Below, piece by piece: positions 26,230-37,680 of a stretch of DNA of 64,000 nt. Position 1 is the first letter of the stretch; the number at the start of each line of letters is the position of its first letter. This stretch comes from Camelus dromedarius (lineage: Eukaryota). The notes below the pieces were generated by a model. That model ran no database searches, was not told the origin of the DNA, and saw nothing but the letters and a program-made list of their open reading frames with translations. The translations under genes were made by a program, and so were the position numbers. The DNA lies in NCBI RefSeq assembly GCF_036321535.1, contig NC_087437.1:65474001-65538000 (forward strand), written 5' to 3'.

Positions 26230-29222
26230 CTATAGAAAGATAATACATTAGTGTCATTTTGTAATATATAAAAATGAAATAACTTTTATAAAACAAACCC
26301 TAAAATCTCCTAAATATTAATTATACATTTCACTGAATTATTTTTAAGCCTTATAAAACAATGATCACATGAACAAGAATTCTTTAAAAAAATTTGTCTA
26401 CAAAATGTAATATGAATACTTGTAGAATTTTAGTTGAACAAATTCATTTTCTTTCCATAATTCCAAAATTCCACACTGATATCACTTTGTTACTATGGGT
26501 AGATTAAATTACATTAAACTGAAAACATGCAGCAAGTCAATTTATTAAAATGTATCATCTAGGTACTTTATTTATGTACAATTTTATCTAAATATTTATA
26601 TAATATACTTCTAAGTATTAAAATGTCTTAGTAAATTTTACGTTTCCCAAGGAAGGTAATATGTAGGCAAACATTTTGGTTTTGTTCTTTTATAAGGAGT
26701 AATTGAAAGATGTGTGTGCTATGTAGGTATGTGATTATGGATGTTTAATATTATTTCCTATGTAAACTAGAGAACATAGAGAATGCAGACTTATGGGTGT
26801 AGTAAATTTCATATTCTTAAGCCTACTATCATTTCAAAAAGGGGTATCAGTATAGAACCAAATTAAGAATTCTTTGAACCACAATATATTCTGCATTTCT
26901 TATATATTAGAGGTACCAGGCACTCTAGCGGAGGGAACTGAGTATTAGTCTATGCTGCATCTATTCTAGATCTGTGTGATCATGTTACTTCTGATACAAC
27001 ATGCTTTCGGCAGGGGGGAAGTAGGGATATTCAAAATAATTTCCCCCATGTTATAGGAGCTAAATTAGAAACTTAATTCAAACTCCAGAGAGAGTATGAG
27101 GTGTCTGTTTTTGTGTGTGCATGTGTTGACAGGGGCTCTCTTCCCTCCAATCTGAAATGGTTTCCCAGATAAGAATAGTATTGAGAGCAAAATTATGTGG
27201 AAAGAAGAAAGTTATGTTTATTATACAGCAAGTAGGTTAAACTGGATGAATCACAGATTCCCTGTTTCAGATTAGAAAGTAACATTTCTGAGATTGAAGA
27301 ATTAGAAGAAAAATAAATGCATCACCTTAAAGATCAAATCTATAACCTGGGATTTGATAATAGCAAGAGTTTACAATGATAGACTCCTGAGAAGGTGAAC
27401 AATATTGTGAAAATGTTTGGGGAAAATTATTTTATTATATCGGCAAAGAGTACAAAAAAGGTATTTAAGAAAGAAATAATAACTAAAAATGTATTATGGG
27501 AATTTATATGTAGAAGTGTAAACTGATTTTTGTAGAAATGTAAACAAAGATAAAAATCCAAGAAACCAAGAAGAGGAAAAGTCTGTAAGCCCTAATGCTT
27601 GCTTCCATGTAGAGGATTAAATAGAAAAGAAGTAAGGAAATACAAAGCTTCTATTTAATTGTTAACATGAAACATGGCTAAAAGGTAACTATTTGAAGGG
27701 AAAACATATTCAGTTTTTGACATTAAATTTGTAATAGGCAATGAAATGGGAATGTCACATAATTTTAAAAATGGTGCTGAAGAAGGCAAAAAGTTAGATA
27801 AAAACTGCAAACAAAATGTCAATTCACATACTTATATATAAAGTAATAAAAAGCAGAATTAATGTATCAAAATAGTAGCTTTTATGTTACATATATATTA
27901 ACACAATAAAAAAGTTTAAAAAGAATAAATGTGTATACTGAAGAACTTGAGTATTAAAATATAGTAGGACTTGGAGGATGTTAGACAATTAGACAAGGTA
28001 TGAGGAACCAAAAAATATGACACAGAAGGGAGAATGTAGTATCAATGAAATTAGAAGAGTTCATTTTAATAAAACCTATATTAGAAATTAGAGGAAGAGG
28101 CATAAATCCACATGTACATAAAATTTAATCAAGTTTGCTGGCGATAAATAGAGCAGTCAGGCAGAATTCAGTTATGGTGATATTATGGCCCCAACACTAT
28201 TCCCTTTTCAAATATTGAAATATTACATGCTGTAAATTATCACAAAGACCAACTTTGGCTCTTACATTCACAAACTACATGGAAAGTAAAGTTCAGACTG
28301 TACTTCACCCAACAAAACTTTATTGAGAACCTACTTTTTGTGGTGACAAAGCTCCTCTTTCATGAGGCCTACAGTCAAGTAGGGAGATAATCTTTAAAAC
28401 AATAACAAATGGAAAATTTCATGTGTCAATGAAGGAGAGGAACATGGAGTTAAGGTAGCACTTAATAGGATATTTGACCAAATTATATAGATAATAAAAG
28501 TTTTTTTTTAAATGAGGAAATAAGTGAGTTGTGATTCTTACAGATGTTAATAAGGAGAAAAAGGGAGGGAAGATTATTCCATGCAGAAAACAGCAAATGT
28601 ACAAAAGCTCTAAAAATATACGGGGCTAAAAAAAGATTACTGGGTGTAGAGCATAGGATAAGGGAAAAAGAGTTTCATGCCTATCATCATTGATAATGAA
28701 AATGTGTAGCAGGAAGACAATGTTCATCAATTTAAAGTCTACCTTTATAGTCCATGTAAACTAGTAGAGAGCACTACTCTAACAACAATATTTTCTATTT
28801 GTTTCCACTGCCAACAACATAATAAAAAAGGAAAGAAAGTAAAAGACGTCCTCCATCTTTTCTGCCCTCAAGATCCTGCTCTTCTATATTGTCTGCTGCG
28901 GTAGTCCAATAATACTTTTATTATGTGCCATTTTCCTTTAGTCAATAGTTAGGAGATGGCCAGATAGTACATTCTACAAGTTTTCATAACAATTATTTTT
29001 GCTTACGGAAATAGTAGAAAGGTGATCCATTTTATGTGTTCTGGATTTCCAAATGAATCTTTTTAAACTTTAGATGTTGCCTTTAAAATATCTTACAATT
29101 CTCTCAGTGTCCCCTAACCTCTCTTAGTTTAGTTTTCATTATTGAGCCAAATTACACTTCTGTAATTCTACCAAAACAATATTCCACATAAAGAATATTT
29201 CCCAACTAAAGAATTCTAATGC

Positions 29223-29475
29223 TAGTGGGGAGGGATAAACTAGGAGTTTGGGATTAACAGACACACACTACTATATATAAAATAGGTAAACAACAAGGAC
29301 CTACTGTATAGCACAGGGAACTATATTTGATGTCTTGTAATAAGCTATAATGGAAATTAATCTGACAATAAATGTGTATATGTATAACTGAATTGCCTTT
29401 GCTATATACCTGAAACTAACATTGTAAATCAACTACACTTCAATAAAAAATAAAATTTTTTAAAAATCTCAAAAA
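29223..29475 (+). mobile_element. Short L1 3'-end insertion with 15-bp TSD
   Basis: aaagaattctaatgc (29208-29222) / aaagaattataatgc (29476-29490); caacaaggacctactgtatagcacagggaac; AATAAA and A tail. Confidence 0.9.
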
Positions 29476-29573
29476 AAAGAATTATAATGCCAATTATCTA
29501 TGATGTCCTACTATGTTTTAACTGCAATAAATAGAGTTTAAAAATAGTGTTACTCTGAACATGGATAACTTAC

Positions 29574-29646
29574 TTGCTTTGTGTCAGATCAACTACAATG
29601 AGATCTTTCTCCAGAAGTACTGCAACGGCATAGGGTTCTTGAAATT
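29574..29646 (-). CDS. STXBP5L: Tomosyn-2 exon 4 of 10 (73 nt), (E)FQEPYAVAVLLEKDLIVVDLTQS(N)
   Basis: atag acceptor, CAA|gtaagt donor; phase 1-2; VLLEKDL motif of tomosyns. Confidence 0.95.
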
Positions 29647-30589
29647 CTATAAGTAGGAAGGAAAAAGGGAAACATTTTCAGATTTCATATTTTATAAAAT
29701 CACCAAACTGGCATTTCCTTTATCTCCTGTACAAATGTTATTTAAATGACTTGAGAAGATCAAAATATGAGCCAAAGTAAGGAGTAACAAAGACCACTTT
29801 TAAAAAATATATGTTGTGTTTCTCAAACTCACTGTTTAAGACCATTATAGAGAACAAGGACAAAATGAGAAGTTGCATAGCACAGAGTTAAATATATCTC
29901 AATAATCGTGAGGTAGTGATAATAGTAGATTATTTGAAAAGAGAGGGTCTGTCACCTCCATCTCACATTTATCTTAGTCTTCCATAACTTCCATTTCAGA
30001 TTTGATTTCATGACTACAAGGAGATATACTAAGGAAATAGTTCTGCTTCTCTCAGCTATGACACATAGTCACCTCCCTATGAGTGCAACACTTATACTAA
30101 AAAATTTACTTTCAATTCAATGTGATTTAACCGGTACTCAGACTGCCTATCATGTGCCCAAGAGTATATATCTCAAAAAAGCAGAGTCAGGATAGCCTAA
30201 CATTTTCAAGTTCTTAAAATTCAACTCTCCCTTTCTCCCTTTCTCCAGCCCTACTTTCTTCCTTCAATATGGTGCAGAAACTAAGAACAAAGGCTAAACA
30301 GGGAATAAGATAGACAAGATCTTTATTCTCGGTCTATATTCTAGGGATATAAAAACAAGGAACAAGTAAATAAGTAAGATTAACTCAGAAACTAATGTAA
30401 ACTGTAAAAAAAATTAACAAAGGTAATAGTATAAGAAATGACTTGTGGTTGGTGGGGAAGTGCTAATTTAGTTATAGTGCTCAGGGAAGACATTGTTTTC
30501 TATCTATAATAAAAGACTAACAAAGGAAAGCCACAGTTACAGTGTTTGCTCAATTTAAGGAAAAAGTATTTACAAAAACATTTTACATA

Positions 30590-30735
30590 CATGGTATTTG
30601 ATTCTCAGTAGCTAGAGCAGGTACTATCATTTTTCCATTTCATAGAGAAAACTGAGGTCCAAAGAGGTTATGAGATCGGCACAAGTTTACAAAGCTAGTA
30701 AATTATAGAGCTGAAAATTTAACCCATGCTATTTT
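30590..30735 (-). mobile_element. MIR SINE fragment
   Basis: ccatttcatagagaaaactgaggtccaaagaggtta core. Confidence 0.7.
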
Positions 30736-31459
30736 CATTATAGCAGCAGTTTCTACTGGCTAGTTTAAGAGGTATCCAATCCTAAACTCAATAATCACTT
30801 GGCAGGAATTTTGTATTCAAGAGTATTCAAGTCTTGGATAGGAAACTGAAATAGATTGCCTTCACAGCACTCCCAGTCATGAGAAGCTGTAGAACCTATT
30901 CATATTTATTTTTATGTAAGTCACAGGCTATGAGAAAAAAATTAAAAACAAAAAACAAACACAAACACAAACCCCCCAAACTGAGGAGGCTGCCCTTGTT
31001 TGGGTGCATATCTACACGTTAGTATACAATCCTTACACTATTTGTTACTTGAACTTTACTCAAACTGAGGCCTTTCTCCCCTTTCCCCTTATCTCTTAGA
31101 GCTGTTTTAAGGTTTTTCAAGGTTATTTCAATACTCCCAGGTTTTTTTTTTTGTTTATTCTGTTTCTCAGTTTGAAGAACACTGGGGTTCCGTGTAATAC
31201 TAGTTTCCTCTTTGTTTTCTCACCGCTCTTTAGGAAACTCATTGGCTGGGAGGCAGTTGCTACAAACATAAAAAAGCTGAGACATTGGCATGAATAAGTA
31301 AAAATCATAAAAATTATTATTTTAGGTAGTTATACCTGTTTTAGATTATTGTTTCTTTTCAAATAATAAAAACTGGTAGCAAAAGTTTCACCTTTGTAGA
31401 AGCACTTGTGAACTGTGATAACCACTAAGTAATAAGATTTCCTTTGGAGTCAGCGTTAG

Positions 31460-31650
31460 GTTCAATTTGTGTCTATTATTTATTAATAATTTGGTCTTAA
31501 TTAGCTAAATTCTTTGATTTTCATTTTCTTTACCCATTGAAATGGCAAAATAACTACCTTATTAGACTGTTATGAAGATTAGATGTATATAAAGATGTTT
31601 AATGCAGAACCTGGCTTATAGTTGGTACTCAATAGATGTCAATAGTATTA
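31460..31650 (+). mobile_element. MIR SINE fragment
   Basis: actacctt...gttatgaagattagatg...cagaacctggcttatagttggtactcaatagatgt matches the MIR 3' half. Confidence 0.65.
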
Positions 31651-33639
31651 CTTTCTTTATTAGATTGGTTATTTTTGAGCAGGCTCAGCCTTTCAACCCT
31701 AGTCTCCAACAAGGTGAAAAGCTCTATCATAACGACTACTTCTTTGAAGAGAAATGCATTATTTATGACACTTGTAGAAGACCAGATTCAATTAAATCTA
31801 GATGTGAAACTAACAAATTCTGAGTATAGTTGATTAGTTACTCAGGGAATGCCCCCTGAGATAAGAGGATTAGGCATTTGTGTTCTTTGAGAAACAGGCT
31901 TAATTGTCAGGTGTCATAAATAATTCAGGAATATAAAAATATTAATAAATTTAGTTTGTTTAACATATACATAACATTTATCACTATCTGGCTATATAGG
32001 AGATTAAAGTTCTGCATTTGCTAATATGGAATCAATCAAAATACTGTACACTGTAAAGTGAAAAAAGTATGATACAGAACAGCACAGAGAGTATGCTGTC
32101 ATTTGTACAAAAAGGATGATGAATATATACATAAATAAGTACACATATGCATATGCATGGCTTACTTGGGGAGCACATAAGAAACTTAGTTATAGTTAGT
32201 AAGGAAGGGCAGTGAGAAAGTTTCCATTATATACTGTTGTGTATTGTGGGATTTTTTTCTGGTACTTTCACGTATTATTGTCTTAATTAGAGAGTTTATA
32301 AAATACATTCATATTTTACCGAGTAAAGTTAAACTATTTCTCCTAGCTCTTGGCAAATAAAAAGTCCCAGCCTCATTACCACTTCTCTGGAAAGCAAAGA
32401 CATACATGTGGCTTGGAAGTGATTAGACTTGGTTATAGTACACTTATAACTTGTTTAACATTATACAAATTATCCTAACATCTCTACTGATATGCAGAAA
32501 TTTATAAGCACACATACATATAGTGTTTGATCTTTGCAACCACAAATTTTCAGTTTCTATTACTGGCATGCACACCTTCTTTTTTGAGGGTCTTTAATAG
32601 AATGCATTTTCCTAAGTTCAGCTTTAGGTTCTCTGTTTTTTCTTCTATTGTTCCTTTATCATTCATTTTCATAACTCCAAAGAGCATCTATATTCTGATG
32701 ATTCATAAATAAATATTAAAGACCTCTTCCCGGTCTTTTTCTGCTGTCTAAACAACTCCACTGACTCATAATCAGATTTATTTTTCTCTTTCTAAAAACT
32801 GTTTACTGCATATGAAATCACTATTCTTAAATTATTTCTCATCTATCATGTCACTCCCTAATCTAATTGTTGACCAAATTCAGTGAGTTTTCCTCTTTCC
32901 AGCCCTACAAGCAGCACTCTGTTTCAGATCTTGACTATTTTAATGTACATTATCACAAAAGCTTCCCAGTTGGAATCTGAAGTCTAAATTTCAGCATCTC
33001 TCTCTTCAAACCCATACACTACTTTTGGGCAAATTTACCAAAAAAAATGCTTTCTTTCAGTTAATATTCCTTCAAAATTCCCCCGTAGTTCCCTATTTCC
33101 AAATACCTCCAAAAGGCTTTCAGTTTTTCTCTGAATTGATCTTACTCTAGCAAAATCTCACAATTTCTAAAACCTTTATTCAATATTCTTTTCAAGACCC
33201 AAGTCATTCTTCAAGGCCTATCTAAATCCTACTTTTTCCATGAAGCTTTGCATGAATATTTCAGTGACTATGTAACTAGCCTATAAATTAGTACATTATT
33301 TAAACTCTGACCCGTATAACTCAGCACTTAATTAAGTGCTATATTTTTTAATTTAAGTCCTAATTATCTTCCTCATGTGGCCAGATTTTATGTGATTTGA
33401 CATCAGAGATCAGTTTCATACTTCATCCATATTTTCAACAAGTTCTTGTCATACTGAGGCCATAGAAGCATTCAATAAATATTTGTTGATTAATTTATAA
33501 CACAGTTGTCTGTCCCTGACAACTCTGGGAATAAAATGTCACATTGATTATTTCATATCCCTTTATTCCATCTTTTAAATATGAAACTCAAGAATTTAAA
33601 ACAAATTAATACATTTATAATAAAACTCATAATTTATAT

Positions 33640-33830
33640 ATCTTCATAGTTTACAAAATATATTCCCTTTGATCTTCCAATAATCATGTGGGGTCAATAT
33701 TATAATATTCTTTCTACAAATGATAAATCAAACCCATAAATATAAAGTGACTTGTCCAAAGTCACATAGCTAGTAAATGGCTGAGCTAAATCATAAACCC
33801 AAATACTTTCTCTCCAAGTCCATTGACCTT
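33640..33830 (-). mobile_element. MIR SINE fragment
   Basis: aagtgacttgtccaaagtcacatagctagtaaatggctgagct. Confidence 0.75.
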
Positions 33831-34169
33831 TTCCCTACATCTATACATTCCCTCTTGAAAATGTAGTAATACATATACAAACTATGTTTTTTAATCACAA
33901 ACTCATATGTCCCTTTTTATATTTCACCCCTCTCCATTTTTAGATCTCAAAATATTTTATCATTAGATTCCATTATACAGTTTGCACATAAGTAGACTGG
34001 TTTTTATGTTTATAAAAAGTCTTTATATTACAGATTATAAAAATATAAAAGCACCTCTCCTCCCAAAAGCCCTCCTGACTAATTATTCTCAAAATTGAAA
34101 TAAGTCACTAACCACACATCAGCAATCCTAGAGTAATCAGAGGTGCTACAGTTGTATCTGAAGCAAAGC

Positions 34170-34426
34170 CAGATGTGAAACAGATACAGCACCACCAGAG
34201 TTACAGATCACTGATATCAGGTAAGTGCTTTAACTTTGATTGGCATAGGAATGGGATGGGTGAAGCTGGTCTAGGAGAGGCTATTAGGAGACCTCAGTTT
34301 CCCCAAGTAATTTCACCCTGGACCCCTATCGGACCCTCCCAGCTCAGCTTCCACCATCCTTATCAAAGTTTAAAGCACTTACCTGCTATTAGAACCTGAA
34401 ACTCCAGCACTGCTGCACTACATCTG
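34170..34426. repeat. Long imperfect inverted repeat (hairpin), probable MITE relic of unassigned family
   Basis: caggtaagtgctttaactttgat (34218-34240) pairs with atcaaagtttaaagcacttacctg (34362-34385); weaker pairing continues inward and outward. Confidence 0.85.
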
Positions 34427-34607
34427 TCTTACTTCCAGTTTGTCAAGTAGGTACAGTTGCACAACCTGCTCCAGCACCTGTAGCTCAGTATTGTAGCACA
34501 GTAGATGTCAGCTGCCAAAACTAAAAATATTTAAGCTTAATTTTGATAGGAACTTATCATTTCTAAAATGATTTTTCAACTTTACTAGTTTCATTTCAGT
34601 TACTTAC

Positions 34608-34762
34608 CATTTGGATAGGGTGTTTCACATAAAGTTAGAAATTCAACAATAGGATGATCCATTTCAAGCACTGTAATTGCCTTCCCATGCATGATGGTTA
34701 AACTTGGTCTTCTGCAAGCTTTGTCATAGGACAGGCCACCAGAAAATATTATAAATGGTTCA
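34608..34762 (-). CDS. STXBP5L: Tomosyn-2 exon 3 of 10 (155 nt), EPFIIFSGGLSYDKACRRPSLTIMHGKAITVLEMDHPIVEFLTLCETPYPN
   Basis: ttgcag acceptor, ATG|gtaagt donor; inside ORF 34600..34815; LLGL-domain-like sequence; phase 2-1. Confidence 0.96.
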
Positions 34763-36714
34763 CTGCAAATGAAAAAAAGTAAATGACTGAGTTCTTTAAG
34801 ATGACACAATGTCACAGGAATGAGGCAATAAAGAACAGGGCTTCATGGGGATTATATACAGTGTAATTTGACAGAGAGAAAAAGCCTTCCCTGGCCCAAA
34901 ATATCTCATCCAACAATTACTATTCTATCATTTCCCTTTTTCTGGATGTACATTCTTACCATTAAAACTACTAATGAATCAGTTTAAAGATGCTGAGGTC
35001 AGGTGAGGGAAAGGCAGTGAGTTTGGAGAGAGGTGAAGATGCTCACTGACTCAAAAGAACATCTTCACATTTATTAGTTGGTTCCCAAACTTTAAATTAC
35101 CACAACTAGAATATTAGATTATATTAGTTTATCATATTAACCAATAGGCATGTGGGACCGCAAATCACTAAGAAATTAAAGAGGAACTTTCAACATGAAA
35201 TGAAATGTGACAGTGGCAAGCCCAGAATGGCAGAAAGTAACATGAAAATTCTACATGAGTTTCTGTGGGAAAGGATTATGATAAAAAGATGGAGAAAACT
35301 AGTAGGTAAGGAAAAAAATAGTTCACCAAAAATAAATGTGATCTTCTTTTCAGCTTTACCTATGGTCAGCCAGTTCTATTTAGCTTGTAAAACTAACTTC
35401 AAACAAATTTTTTCATCTCTGTTAATTGCAAAATACAATTAGATAACAGAGTGGGGCTGGGATAACCATACAATATTATAGCTATCAGAAAGTTATAAAA
35501 TATCTTTATAATTTTTATTTTTCTTTTCTCTAATACTTTTATCTCTAGCATATGTATATAAAAGAAAATGTGCGTTGATATGAAATATTTTCAATAAGTA
35601 AAAACCAAACTGAAAATATTTTCCAAAATTTTTAAGAGGAACTTTTAAATAAAACAATAAAAGACACTTTCACTGCACCACATTCTTTGAGAACATATGC
35701 TTCTGTAAATAATTTACTTCTATTCACATGCTAAGCTGAAGCATATACTTGTTTCCAGAACTCACTCTATAAGATTTCCCTTTCTTTTCCATTTTGTGCT
35801 GTATATAGTACCAAACATTATCAAAGGACATTTGCTAATCTTATTTTGGCTGTATAATAACAACAAAAAAAAAAACTTTTTAAAAAGTTTCCATCAAAAC
35901 TTACATATAAATGTCTTTACTACTTTTTATTTAAAATTCTATATGAATATTTTCACGTAAATATTTAAGTTGTAAGCTAAAGAAGGAAAAATGCTCTCAT
36001 TTATTTTCTCTGAGTCCTGCAGCAGTTGATTTGAATTAGTTTTGCTCCAGTGATTTGACATAGTGAACAACCATCCTACTAATTGTGGTATTAAGAAGCA
36101 AGTTTGTTTTTTCCATAAAATAGGTATTACTTAGATTATTTAGAATATTTCTCCAGATTTAAAAATAATTTCTAATGAAATGTGTATGGGCTTTTGCAAT
36201 AAAGTTCATGACCCAGAGAACATATGATCTTTTCATACATACTAAGCTTAGCTTTCAGTTCCAAATATTAATAAATATCATAAATATATACTTTTTCCCA
36301 TGTAAAAGTAAGTGAATTTACTCTCATCTCTTAATACTAACCCAAACATAGGAAAAGAAGCAATTTACTCTTCCTTATTCGTAAGCACATTGGAAAATAC
36401 GTCCTTTCTAGTATTTTGAAAGGGGAGAAAATCTTTTCTGTGCTTATTATGACTTCACATCAGAAAACCTTAGGTCTGAAGTTTACTGTTGACATATATG
36501 CACTTTTCTGTAAACTACTGAATGACTGAATAAAAAGCTATTTCCTCAGGAAAATGCTCAGGCAACCACTCTTAGATAATTATATTAAATCCTCATAAGC
36601 ATTGTTCTTATTTTGTTAATGAGATTAAATAACAACTAAGCAGAAAACCCCAAAAGAAAACAGATTTATCAGACTTGAAAGCCTCATGTTCTAAATTGTG
36701 GTATGTACTGCCTT

Positions 36715-36960
36715 AAGTAATAAATAGCTACAATTTACTCAGTGTTTACCATGTGTCCTGTATTGTGCTCTGTGTATATATGTAAAGTAAGTTTTATGTA
36801 GTCCTCACAATCTTGTAATCCCTAACCCTGATGAGAAAAGTACTAATAGCTCAGTTTCACAGATGAGAAGTCTGGGATTAATGCAGGTTAAATAACTTGT
36901 TCAGTGTCAAGCAGCTAGTGAGTGGCAGGACAAAGATTCAAATCCAGACTTCAAAGTCTA
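36715..36960 (-). mobile_element. MIR SINE
   Basis: tttactcagtgtttaccatgtg...tttcacagatgagaag...ggttaaataacttgttcagtgtcaagcagctagtgagtggcag. Confidence 0.8.
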
Positions 36961-37369
36961 TATTTTTCATTTCTGTTCTAATAGATCTCAAACTGTGGAA
37001 TACAGTTTAATAGGTGTTATGCAAAAACAAACAAACAAACACAAACTATATCTCCCTTTTGAGATTTTATCATTCATACCATATATTAAATGTTCTGAGA
37101 AATTGTAAAAAATCCAATTTACTTTAAATAACCCACAATTTCTCAGATTTCCCAAATTTTTTTGATTACAGATTTTTTTTTCTCATGAATACAGTAAGTG
37201 ATTAATGGGACACAATTTGGCAAATGCTATGCCACACAAAACTGCCTTCTTTACTAATTAATACAAGTGTATCTTGAGAGACTTACCAGATGGATTATTA
37301 TTAAGGAAATAACCATATAATTGACAGTGTCTCCATACATACATAAAACATTAATAAAAATTAAATGTT

Positions 37370-37680
37370 ATTGACAACAGCTTAAATAAATCTCAGAGGC
37401 ATTATGTTGAGTGAAAGAAGCTAGGCTCACAGGTTACATGATAAGTAATTGCACTTATATGACATCTCAAATGAGCAAAACTATAGTGGCAGAGTTACAG
37501 ATCAGTGGTTTCCAGGGGTTCTATGCAGGGAAAGGTATGACTATAAGGGGATAGCATGTGAGAATTTGGCAGGAGTATGGAAATGTGGTGATTTCAGGAA
37601 TCTATACATGTGTTAAAAAGCCATAGAACTGTACACCAAAAGGAAAAAGTCTACTGTATAAATCTTAAAATAGATAAAAT
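37370..37680 (+). mobile_element. Old L1 3' UTR fragment
   Basis: cattatgttgagtgaaagaagc, cagatcagtggtttccagggg, catagaactgtacacc. Confidence 0.75.
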
